Positions 52,378 through 62,187 of a DNA stretch of 64,000 nucleotides are shown here, piece by piece. The stretch is from Bdellovibrionota bacterium (lineage in GTDB: Bacteria > Bdellovibrionota_C > UBA2361 > CAKMMH01), in assembly GCA_050952645.1 (NCBI GenBank), contig JBMNLI010000017.1:288001-352000 (forward strand), in the 5' to 3' direction. The notes below the pieces were generated by a model. The model saw only the letters and a program-made list of their open reading frames with translations. It did not search any database and had not been told where the DNA came from. The translations under genes and the position numbers were made by a program. Every line of letters starts with the position of its first letter. The stretch's first letter is position 1.

Positions 52378-52910
52378 AAAAAAAAGGTAGGGCGGTGGTT
52401 AAATGCCACGCAATCCCTACCAAGTTGTTCTTTTTACATAGCGGATTGTCAAATTAAACTAGACAAACCTAAAAACGCCAAGATGCGTATCGACTTTTAC
52501 TTACGACGAGTCCATAAACGCCTCCTTTCTGTAGGCTAAAAAACTGCGATACTCTGCGATACTTTTTTAAATGCTTTCAGAGGCTCTCTAGAGAGAAGAG
52601 TTGTTCCGCGACGTGGCGAAAAAGCGGTATAAAAAAAATATTAACTACACACCACGCGTGGCTCTTCTCTTAGAGAACCTCTACCCCTTTCCTATTGCTA
52701 CCTCCTTTGTCTTAAAGTTAGGACTAGGAAAGTCAAATGTTTTTCTTATTAGAATCTTTTTTAAAATCCCTAGCTAAGCTATCTCACCTCCTGCTAGTGC
52801 TAGGGGAAAGTTAACAAAAATTGTTCTCATAAAAAAATATATTGTAAAAAAGCTCTTAAGAGCCTTTGTTTTTTGCCTATCTGAACCTTCTATCAAAACA
52901 TTCTAGAGTG
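52378..52910 (-). ncRNA. Candidate structured non-coding RNA 2
   Basis: Promoter TTGACT-N18-TATAAT (52943-52914), ~100-nt hairpin 52580-52681, terminator ggtaggg/ccctacc plus U8; no ORF. Confidence 0.5.
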
Positions 52911-53067
52911 TCCATTATATTACTATAAAAAACGCTTAGTCAAATTTATTTTGACTATTCGTTTCGTATATATACACATCCTTACGACTTTCAAAAATGC
53001 TTCTAAAAAAATTAAAATTTTTATAACCATGCGAGTTTGCAGCGTTTTTTATAAGCCTCTTATTAAA

Positions 53068-53266
53068 ATTTAAACTTTCCTTGTTTTACGTATACAATTT
53101 TAATTTTAATTGTATAACTCATCGAAATCATTAAAAAAAGTTTTTTAAATGTGCTTGCACAAAATACTAAAATAGCATACGTATATACGTATACCCTTAA
53201 GAAACGACAGATACTAGCCTTAGGCTAAATTTTGAACTCTTAAAAAACATAGTATAAGTAAAACAA
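53068..53266. repeat. Intergenic element, family B
   Basis: Near-identical to 8409-8517 over ~100 bp; continues with similarity to the 16855-17098 copy. Confidence 0.65.
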
Positions 53267-53347
53267 ATTACTTTAAATATTATTATATTTTAAAGAATCT
53301 CTTTATTTAGTCTTTTTTACCTAATCTTTTTTACCTAATCTTCCGCC

Positions 53348-55183
53348 CTAAAACTCTCTTACGAAAAGCTCTTGCCTTAGATACACAAACCTAGGTGAAA
53401 GTGGAGGAAGATTATTACCATCATTAAAATCCGTATCATAATTCCAATTTCTAGAAGGAGCCGTATAATAAGGATTTCCATAAACCCATTTTCCTCTTAC
53501 ATGCTTAGGAGTGCTTAAACTTACGAAAGACCCATTATAAGTTAAAGTCTTTCCGTTCCATTGCTCGTGAAGTCTTGGATAATTTTCAAGCCCTCCATTA
53601 TAACTTCCCCCTTGCCCCGCCGTTCCTTCAGCGCCTCCTGTGCTATCAGTGCCAGATAAAATTGCAGTGTTAATAGTCGTATTGCTAGCTATTTTTTGCG
53701 ACCAAGAAGACCAAGAGTCTTGCCACGAATTAGATAAAATATTAAAAGAGTCAGACATTACCGCAGCAGGTTTTTTTGCAACCGTGTTATAGTCGCCCTG
53801 CAAATATAAAGCTTGATTAGTTACGATAGTTAATCCCTTTATACTTGGAGCCCTAGATATGCTCGAACCTAAAAACGATGCCTTGCTAATACGAACGCCA
53901 TAAGGATTAGATGATTTCTCTGCATCTGGCCCCGATAAACTAAAATTAAAAACTATCCCTCCCTTGTCGGTAAGTCCTAAACTTTTACTCGTATCCCCTA
54001 GCCAATTAGTATTTTGTAGACAATTAAAAAGCGAACTTAAATCGACCTCAAACATTCTTATTTTTCTCTTCTCTCTTTCATTGTATAAAGATAACGTCGA
54101 GCCGACAGCTTTGCCGTTAATGTTTCCAGTGCAACCGTTTAATTTTGCAGTTTGCGACGTATTAACACTTTTATCAACATTTAACACTACCACCCCAGTT
54201 GAAGAATATGAATTATTAGGCTTATTCTCATTATTTAATTTTAGCTGAAGCCTTAAATCTGCCATAGAAAAATAATTAGAGCTAGGCTCAGGATTTAAAA
54301 TATCGGGGCTTGGCACCGTAACTTTCTCTACACCACTTTCTACCATTCCTTTCCAAGGGGTAAGATTAGTAATTTTCGTTCTTCTGCTACACCCATCATT
54401 CATAGCTAAAAGCGACACTGGGGCTATAATACGCACAGAACTATTGCAATTTGTATTATTTTTTTTTCCCCTATAAATATCCCCTGCAGCAGTTACTTGA
54501 CCATAAATGCTAAGAGTCCCTTCGGCATTTAAATATAGATCGCCATTAGTGTGAATAGGTCCCCTTAAAGTCATAGTTGCCCCTGGGGCTATCTCTAAAT
54601 CTTTATCGTAAAACACTGCGAATTGAAAAAGCGGAACTAGCCTATTTTTAAATTTTAATTGTAGCACACTTTCAGTTTGTCCTTGCAACCCTTTTGCTAA
54701 TGAAAAAACGGAATATCTATATTCTAATACGTTTAAATTCTGGTATCTTTCCCCTAAAGGAACGGTAGTGTTTATGGGATTTCCGTCGGCTTCCTTAACA
54801 TAAGTTAGAACCTTATTATTTTTAAAATTATATTCTTTACAAACAAAGTCCCCACTTCCTTTATTGCTCCCCTCGCAAGGATTATTATCCGTAGGAGAAG
54901 TGCCACTAGGCATATTATACCCAAGGAAAATATTTCTAATATCTTCCGCTCTAATATTTAGCCCAGCCTCTCCAGCAGCAAAGCCACTAACGGTATCTTT
55001 AGCATATTTTGTAGCGCCTAACTCTAAATGCGTAATTTTAAAATATGCCCCTAAAAGAGCTATTATAATAACAATAAAAAAAAGAACTACTATTAAAGCA
55101 AAGGCCTTCTCGCCCTTGTTTTTATTATATTTATCTTTGTTATATTTATTTTTATTATTCTCTTTCTTATTATGTTCTTTCAT
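53348..55183 (-). CDS. PilX-like type IV pilus minor pilin / large assembly protein
   Basis: A|FALIVVLFFIVIIIALLG, GFAAGEAGLN, GPIHTNGDLY, beta-rich C-terminus. Confidence 0.75.
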   Translation of the reverse strand: MKEHNKKENNKNKYNKDKYNKNKGEKAFALIVVLFFIVIIIALLGAYFKITHLELGATKYAKDTVSGFAAGEAGLNIRAEDIRNIFLGYNMPSGTSPTDNNPCEGSNKGSGDFVCKEYNFKNNKVLTYVKEADGNPINTTVPLGERYQNLNVLEYRYSVFSLAKGLQGQTESVLQLKFKNRLVPLFQFAVFYDKDLEIAPGATMTLRGPIHTNGDLYLNAEGTLSIYGQVTAAGDIYRGKKNNTNCNSSVRIIAPVSLLAMNDGCSRRTKITNLTPWKGMVESGVEKVTVPSPDILNPEPSSNYFSMADLRLQLKLNNENKPNNSYSSTGVVVLNVDKSVNTSQTAKLNGCTGNINGKAVGSTLSLYNEREKRKIRMFEVDLSSLFNCLQNTNWLGDTSKSLGLTDKGGIVFNFSLSGPDAEKSSNPYGVRISKASFLGSSISRAPSIKGLTIVTNQALYLQGDYNTVAKKPAAVMSDSFNILSNSWQDSWSSWSQKIASNTTINTAILSGTDSTGGAEGTAGQGGSYNGGLENYPRLHEQWNGKTLTYNGSFVSLSTPKHVRGKWVYGNPYYTAPSRNWNYDTDFNDGNNLPPLSPRFVYLRQELFVREF

Positions 55184-55264
55184 AGCTTAAGCCTTTTAAA
55201 TAAAATTTTTTAACCCCTCGCAAAAATAAACTACTTAATGAAGCAAAATATTTCAGCAAAATAT

Positions 55265-56155
55265 TTAATGCGATAAAATATTTCGTGGATAGAAACTAGC
55301 ACTTAATTCTTTTTCTACCATTTTTTTCATAAAACTTTTTTCATTTCCTATCGTGATATGAATAGTAGCTATATCTGACCACATATCGCCACTTTCTGGT
55401 AAAAAAGTATCATGAACCACACCATCTTCAGTTTCTATATTAACTAGAAATTTTTTTACATTATTTATTATTTTTTTCGGATTGTGCGTCTGCCCATTCT
55501 CAATTAAAACTAAAAAGCCATCTTGAAGAAAAAATTGCCACTCCTCTACCATATACATAGCAGAAGCTCCTACATTATAATCATTAGATGCTGAAAAACT
55601 ATTTACTATTAGCGAATGCTCGGCAGACGTATCACTTTCCCCCTTATAAGTGAAAAACTCTCCCTTATTTTCTGCCATATCGTAAATAAAGGGATAAGCG
55701 ATGTTTCCATGTTGAAGTCTATACTGTTTCCAAACATCGAAGTTATAAATATTGTCTGAATATATACATCCAGAGGTAGTGCCTGCTAATGAAAATTTAA
55801 TTTCAGAAACCGTGCTTCCCTTAGCTATAGGCTCACATACTTTTAATATTTCATCTAACATATTTCTTCTTATAGTTAATATTGATGTGCCTAAAGTGGC
55901 ATCTTGCCTTAACTCAACGGCTGGAAAATTTTTTGCTAAATTTTCACCAGCCTCTTTTACATCTGCCGATATTATGGCCATAGCATTTTTTAGGTCTTGA
56001 TTTAAACTAGTTCTAACTATATCTGCACTATAAAGATTATTATTTACGATTATCGTTTGACAAAGAAGCGCTACTATCAGCATGCTTAAAAACAAGCATA
56101 CTAATAGCTCAACTAGCGTAAAACCTTTTTGATTTAAATTTTTAATTTTTCTCAT
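55265..56155 (-). CDS. PilW-like minor pilin
   Basis: KG|FTLVELLV prepilin motif; ISADVKEAG. Confidence 0.85.
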   Translation of the reverse strand: MRKIKNLNQKGFTLVELLVCLFLSMLIVALLCQTIIVNNNLYSADIVRTSLNQDLKNAMAIISADVKEAGENLAKNFPAVELRQDATLGTSILTIRRNMLDEILKVCEPIAKGSTVSEIKFSLAGTTSGCIYSDNIYNFDVWKQYRLQHGNIAYPFIYDMAENKGEFFTYKGESDTSAEHSLIVNSFSASNDYNVGASAMYMVEEWQFFLQDGFLVLIENGQTHNPKKIINNVKKFLVNIETEDGVVHDTFLPESGDMWSDIATIHITIGNEKSFMKKMVEKELSASFYPRNILSH

Positions 56156-56213
56156 AAATTAAAAAATATTTTTTATACTTTTATATTTATATTTATATTT
56201 ATATTTATATTTT

Positions 56214-56594
56214 TTATTTTAACTGTGTATAAACCGTTTCAACACTATAAACTATTTCATTATTATGGGCTATATCTATAGTAATATGGCGACTTGCCGT
56301 CTTGCAATATTCATTCTTTTTACAAAAAGAGATAGTTGAAAGTAATTTTCTAGAACCTATATTATATTCCTTAGTTTCAGAACCACTTTTAGGATACGAC
56401 GTTATATCCTCTTTTCTTATATGATTTAAAATCTTATCTGCTAAATTAATCGCAACCGTTTTAGTTTCCGAAGCCGCATTAAACTTTGCTTGGTTCATAA
56501 ATGCAGGAGCCGTAGAAGCACATACCGTAAGAAAAATAAATAGTGCTATAACCACCTCTATTAGTGTAAATCCCCTACTAGAGCTTTTCTTCAT
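56214..56594 (-). CDS. PilV-like minor pilin
   Basis: RG|FTLIEVVIAL. Confidence 0.85.
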   Translation of the reverse strand: MKKSSSRGFTLIEVVIALFIFLTVCASTAPAFMNQAKFNAASETKTVAINLADKILNHIRKEDITSYPKSGSETKEYNIGSRKLLSTISFCKKNEYCKTASRHITIDIAHNNEIVYSVETVYTQLK

Positions 56595-57045
56595 ATATAG
56601 CCCCTCCTAACATTACACTAATTTTTCTCACCTTTCCTTTATTATCACCAAGCTCAAAATCTATTACATCACTAAGAAACCCACGTGAATTAAAACAAGT
56701 GTTAAAACCAGTTTTTAAAAACTCGACTTCTTTAGATAATTTAAAGCCTTCACTAGGTTCTAAATTCCATACAGTGCTTTCACAATTTTTAGCAGAATAT
56801 ACTTTTAATTCCTTTGAAGAATCACAAACTACTTTGTACGATTTCGTATGCGACATAGACTTTAATTTTATCTTACCTATAAAACCTTTAAGGCTTGCTA
56901 CATCGTTTTTTAATGGGTCATCAAACTCTTTAAAATTAACTGCACCTATGCTAGCTACAATCGTAGCCAAGAGCATTACTACGAGAAGTTCTAGAAAAGT
57001 AAAACCAAAAGAATTATTTTTTTTAAAAAAGATGCGACCTTTCAC
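56578..57045 (-). CDS. FimT/GspH-like minor pilin
   Basis: FG|FTFLELLVV; FNSRG; C-terminal ISVMLGG. Confidence 0.82.
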   Translation of the reverse strand: MKGRIFFKKNNSFGFTFLELLVVMLLATIVASIGAVNFKEFDDPLKNDVASLKGFIGKIKLKSMSHTKSYKVVCDSSKELKVYSAKNCESTVWNLEPSEGFKLSKEVEFLKTGFNTCFNSRGFLSDVIDFELGDNKGKVRKISVMLGGAIYEEKL

Positions 57046-57311
57046 GAGATAGAATTTCGGAACTTAACGAATTTACTTTATAATTTGAAGCTTTTTAGTT
57101 TAAGTTTTTTAGTTCTTATTTGATGGTTTTACTACTTTTTTTTAGCTCTTTTTTTAGCTCTTTGCACTTAAAACGTGGCTTTTAAAAAAAACAAATTTTC
57201 CTGCCACACCTAAAAATGTGAAAAATTTTTTTTAGTTCTAAACGTTTTATGGAGCTTAAGCTCTTAAAATTAAAATTAAAAATCACAGCAAACGAGGCAA
57301 GAAAAGGTTTT

Positions 57312-58178
57312 TCACATTCTATTTTTCATTATACCTATAAAATATTTTAAATTATCGAAAGTTAGCAAGTTATCTAGAGACCTCAACTTTTCTATTAAAC
57401 TATAAATCTTATTTTCACTATTTTTTAAAGCCTCTAACCCCTTTTCTTTGCTTGCAACATTAAAGATAGTAAATTTTTCATTTTTTTCATCGCTACTTTG
57501 CGGTTTTCCCCTACTTTCTTTAGTTCCAAAAATATCTATATAATCATCTATTATTTGAAAATATACACCTATCTTAGCACCTAATTTTAATGCGATTTGA
57601 GTAAAATCTTCGTTTTTTTCTCCTATTATACTAGCAAACCCGAGAATGGCTTTGAAAAGCCCCCCAGTCTTTAACTCATAAATCTTTAACAGTGAAGCTT
57701 TTTTTTGCTCATTTTCTAAAATATCTAATTGTTGACCGTTGCATAGCTCTAAAAAGGCGTTAGATAAAACGGCACTTAACTTAACTTTAATATCATCACT
57801 ATAAGAGCTTTTAGCAATAGTTTTAAGCGCAAACATAGGCAAAAAATCTCCTGCTAATATTGCAGAAGCTTCCCCATAAGCTTTATGACAAGACGGGCTC
57901 CCTCTCCTAAAATCATCATCGTCAAAAGCTGGTAAATCATCATGAATAAGCGAAGCGCAATGTAAAAACTCTATCGCAATACTAGCTCTTAACGCTATAT
58001 TAGGGTCTTTTTTTAAATCTTCCATTAGTGCTAACACCATTAAAGGCCTTATTCTTTTACCAGCAGGAAATATAGAGTAATAAACGGCGCCTTTCATAGG
58101 TTCTTCTATTGCTTGCGCATCTAAGACGCTTTTTAACTCTTCTTCAATTTTTTCTAAATAAAAATTATTGTTAAACAT
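57312..58178 (-). CDS. ispA: Polyprenyl (farnesyl/geranyl) diphosphate synthase
   Basis: GKRIRP, SLIHDDLPAFDDDDFRRG, GQQLDI, KT, FQIIDDYID. Confidence 0.93.
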   Translation of the reverse strand: MFNNNFYLEKIEEELKSVLDAQAIEEPMKGAVYYSIFPAGKRIRPLMVLALMEDLKKDPNIALRASIAIEFLHCASLIHDDLPAFDDDDFRRGSPSCHKAYGEASAILAGDFLPMFALKTIAKSSYSDDIKVKLSAVLSNAFLELCNGQQLDILENEQKKASLLKIYELKTGGLFKAILGFASIIGEKNEDFTQIALKLGAKIGVYFQIIDDYIDIFGTKESRGKPQSSDEKNEKFTIFNVASKEKGLEALKNSENKIYSLIEKLRSLDNLLTFDNLKYFIGIMKNRM

Positions 58179-58265
58179 ATAAACTATATTACATAATACT
58201 TAATTTTTTTACAATGATTAAAATAACGTGCGTATTAGCAAGCGTAAAATAAAGCAAAGTTTATT

Positions 58266-58445
58266 TTATATCATTTCACGATAATAATTTATGTCGTTTC
58301 ACGAGCATTACTTATCTCATTTCACTATAAAATATCGCCATTAAAAACTAACGTGAAACGACATAAGAATAATACTTAAAAACCTAAAACCAACTATCGT
58401 GAAATGAGATAAAAATTAAAAATAGACTAACGTGAAATGAGATAA
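58266..58445. repeat. Iteron-like cluster A: 3 reverse and 3 forward 16-bp repeats (nCGTGAAAYGAnATAA)
   Basis: Reverse copies at 58266, 58289, 58312 (23-bp period); forward copies at 58351, 58397, 58430. Confidence 0.8.
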
Positions 58446-58752
58446 AAGAATATATAAAATTATAAGCTCTTATCTTACAAATATTTTACTTAAAGTTTGT
58501 ACAAAAAAAACCATGTCTTTAAAAACTATGTCTTTAAAAAAATGTCGTTAAAAAAATATCGATATTTTTTTTAAATTTCTTATCAAAGCATATTCTACTT
58601 TTTATTTAAATATATCAATATATATATGTACAAAAAATAAAAGACTAAACTCTAAACTGCACAAAAGGAAAACGATTTAGGGACAAAGAAAATAAGGAAT
58701 GGGACATATTAAAGAAAAAAAATACATAACAAAATCAAGGCATTATGCCGAC

Positions 58753-58769
58753 TGTCCCACGGCGGGACA
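58753..58769. promoter_or_regulatory. Candidate parS-like palindrome TGTCCCACGGCGGGACA
   Basis: GC-rich imperfect palindrome in AT-rich DNA downstream of parB; second copy at 59248. Confidence 0.55.
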
Positions 58770-59247
58770 ACCTGCAAAGGGGAAGATCTTTACCCTACTT
58801 TCCTTGCTTAATGATCAAAGAGAGCCTTTTCTTTATTTTAAAAACAAAAGAGATGTTTTATTTAAAAAAATTAAGCAGCCACTAAAGAAAAAATGCCTAC
58901 TTAGCATTATTAGACTAAATGCTACTAACTAGCACGATTACCTTAAAAATTAGCTTAAGTAGATATCTTGTCTTTACATAAACTAAAAACGAAACTAAAA
59001 ACGACATGAAAAACCTTGCTAATATTCCATATAAATTTAGCTTTTTACAACCAAAGGTGTTTATAAAAATACTAGAAAGACGCTAAAAAGACGCCTGTTT
59101 TTAGTAAAATTAACTTTAAAAATCTCGCACTAGTTTCTAGCAAACTAGAGCTACAAAACTAGCTTAATAATAGAAGAAAAACCTAAGTCAAAAACCCCAT
59201 AAAAATCCTCTAGTTAGTCCTTTAAAACCCGTTTGGCAATGCGCAGA

Positions 59248-59264
59248 CGTCCCCCCGTGGGACA
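59248..59264. promoter_or_regulatory. Candidate parS-like palindrome (reverse complement TGTCCCACGGGGGGACG)
   Basis: 15/17 match to 58753-58769. Confidence 0.55.
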
Positions 59265-59749
59265 AGCAAGCGAAAGTAAATAAATAAAACTCCATGAATC
59301 TTCACTTTTAAAATAGCTAATTAAAATAGCAAGAAATGTTTTTTTTAAAGATGAAATTAAAAAGAAATTAGCTTAAGATTAAAAGAATTGCTTAAAATTA
59401 TGGTTATATTAAAGTATTTTATATTTAGCAAAACCTTTTAAAGATCAATTTTCTTTACTACCTTTTTATTGTTTGTTCTTTATTGTTTGTCCTTTATTGT
59501 TTGTCCTTTATTGCTTGTTCTTTATTATTTATTCTTTATTGCTTATTATTTGCTACCTTATAGCAGATAATGCTAATTTTAAGAGCTAAAACTACTTTTA
59601 AAGGTTTAAAAACCATTTTTTATGGCGATTTTTTGGCGATTTTCTTTTAGTTAGAGAAAATATTAGAAGAAAAAAACGAATCTTATGCACCTAGAAACAC
59701 CTAGCAGCGTAAAAATAACTCGCATTTTGGTGTTTATATTAGTGAGGCA

Positions 59750-60622
59750 TTACACTTCAGACATAAGCTTTCTGTAAACTATTTGAAGATCATCGGTCCG
59801 TATAGAACTCTACGACTAGCTTTCCACTATCACTATTAGGCGTGCGGTTTACTTTTACCTTTAATCCTAGTGCAGAGCGAAGTTCGTTTTCTAATCTTTG
59901 CGTGCTTCTGCTCTAAATGCCTTACTTCTTTTACTCTTTTTTGCCCATTATAGCCGTTTTTAGTATAGCCTGGTTCTAAGTGAATCTCTTGAAATTGTGT
60001 TTATTTCGCTTAAGTAAACTGCTCCTCTCTTCTTTAGTTGGAATATTAGCTAAAAGCAACACTTTAGACTCTGAATGACCTTTTTCTTAATGCTTCTATA
60101 AGGTCATCTGGTAAATTTAATATATCTAAAGATCTTTGAACGGAACTCTTAGAGATACTTAGCTTACTAGCGATATCACGAACGCTTTAAATTGTAAGCA
60201 TCTCGAAGAGATGCTATAGCAATAGCTTTTTCATAAGAATTTAAATCTACTCTCTGTAAGTTCTCAACTAGTTGAACTTGCAAGATTTCTTCATTATCTG
60301 TTGATTGGTACTACGACTACTGGAACTTTTGCAAGACCTGCTAATTTTGCCGCCCTTAATCTTCTTTCTCCTGCTACTAACACGAAACCGTTTTTTGCTT
60401 CTCTAACGGTTAAAGGTTTGTAAAATTCCATAATGATTTTATAGATTCTGCACAGTTTCATTTAACTTTTTCTTCATCGAAATCTTTTCTAGGTTGAGTT
60501 TTATCTAATTGTATTAAATCGACTAGAATTTCCTTGTAAGGTGTTGAAATCTCTTGCCTTTCTTTTAACGCTGGTCCTGCAAAAAGAGGATTATTTGCTA
60601 GATTAATTTTCTTTGCTGCCAT
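59750..60622 (-). pseudogene. parB: ParB/Spo0J partition protein, multiply frameshifted (decay or sequencing error)
   Basis: Own translation MAAKKINLANNPLFAG..QPRKDFDEEK..LVAGERRLRAAKLAGL..LVENLQRVDLN; broken frames. Confidence 0.85.
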
Positions 60623-60692
60623 TAAATTTTACTCCTATTATCAATTAGTTATCATCAATTATTTATTATCAATTTATTTATTATCATTATTA

Positions 60693-61490
60693 TTAATTAT
60701 TATTATTATCGCTATCAACTTCGTTAGCTAAATCTCTATAATCGTCTGCCCCTCTTTCTTTTGGAGCATATTCAAAGATCGTTTGTCCATTAGATGGCGC
60801 TTCAGCGAGTGCAACATTAGTTTTTATTACAGTTTCAAAAAACCAAATCTCCAAAATACGATCTAATAGTATCTGAAATGGCTCTAGCTAATTTTCTTCT
60901 ATTATCGTGTAAGCAAATAAGCACCCCTCTAACCTTAAGCACTGGATTAAACACGCTTCTTACTTGGTCTATAGTATCTAAAAGCTGGCGAACGCCGTGA
61001 AGTGCTAAATATTCGCTTTGAACTGGTATTATAACGCTATCTGCTGATGCTAAAGCGTTAAGCGATAAAAGCCCTAAAGCTGGCGGACAATCTATAATAA
61101 CGTAATCGTAATTACTTTTAATTTTTTCTAATGCTCTTCTTAAAATAAGCTCTCTACCTACGATGCCCCCAAGTTCTAAGTCTGCCGCACTTAATGATAA
61201 ACTAGAGGGGATAACATCTAAGTTTTGAGACCTATGAACGACACATCTTCTACAGTCCTTAGTCCCCCTTAATATATCGTAGCTTGAAGGTATTCTATAT
61301 CCTCTATGCCCTCTTGAAAGTCGCCCTCTTGCACCCCAACACCTAAATGCGTCGTCATATTACTTTGTGCGTCCATATCAAAAAGCAATACTTTTCTGCC
61401 TTTTTCTGCTAAAGCTGCACCTAAATTTACGGTAGTTGTAGTCTTTCCAACCCCACCTTTTTGATTGATTATTGCGATAGTCGTAGTCAC
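60693..61490 (-). pseudogene. parA: ParA/Soj partition ATPase, frameshifted (GTG start at 61490)
   Basis: [67 protein letters not shown]. Confidence 0.9.
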
Positions 61491-61699
61491 TATTATCCTC
61501 CTAAAGGGAAATGAAATTAAGCTAGTATTAGTAAGCAATATTTTTGATATATTACTAATATTTATCACTAATATTCACACTAATATTAAAGCTAATTATC
61601 GAGTGAATAAAATAAAATAACTAAAGATTTTAGCTAGTTATATATAATTTATATATAAAAAACTTGTGCTAATATTTACTTTAATATTTAATTTAATAT

Positions 61700-62056
61700 T
61701 TATGTCAATGCACGTCTTATATTATATATCAAAACACGATAAAAAAACAACAAAATAAGTTATTTAAACTTGAAATATCCCCGCATAATATACTTTAATT
61801 ATAATTTTATCAAACTTAAATTATCGTGCATTGACATAAAGATTGTATCGTGAATTGAAAGAAAATCTAGCTAAAATTACATCTTATTGTGATCTCAAAT
61901 AAACAATCGTGTTTTGAAAGAAGTTAGATGCGTGATTTGAAATAAGTTTATTCGGGATTTGAAATAAGAATGTTAGTGAATTGAAATAACAAAAATCGTG
62001 AATTCAACATAAAAATAACGTGAATCGAAAGAAATTTTATAGTGAACTGAAATAAA
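61700..62056. repeat. Iteron array B (putative replication origin) upstream of rep
   Basis: About 10 direct nCGTGAnTTGAAATAA-like repeats; six with exact 22-bp period (61931, 61953, 61975, 61997, 62019, 62041); two inverted copies at 61700 and 61724. Confidence 0.85.
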
Positions 62057-62187
62057 TAATCTTAATTAACCTATTGAATATATTGCAAAAAATTTTCGCT
62101 TACTAAATAACTAGTAAACTATAATAAACTTGATAAACTTACAAAAAGTTAGTATGTTTATTAAAGATTTAATTTATAATTTTTTTT

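Noticed and set aside
52720..52740. RNase P RNA (taggaaagtc resembles the GAGGAAAGUCC motif)
   Set aside because: Match is partial, no complementary 3' P4 motif was found, and promoter and terminator point to the opposite strand. No tRNA, tmRNA or rRNA hallmark was seen anywhere in the window.
58699..58932. 77-aa ORF in the par-downstream region
   Set aside because: No recognisable motif; it overlaps the parS-like site and is probably a chance ORF.
61820..62056. CRISPR array
   Set aside because: Repeats are degenerate 16-mers with ~6-bp gaps, no spacer-sized unique sequences and no cas genes; fits iterons.
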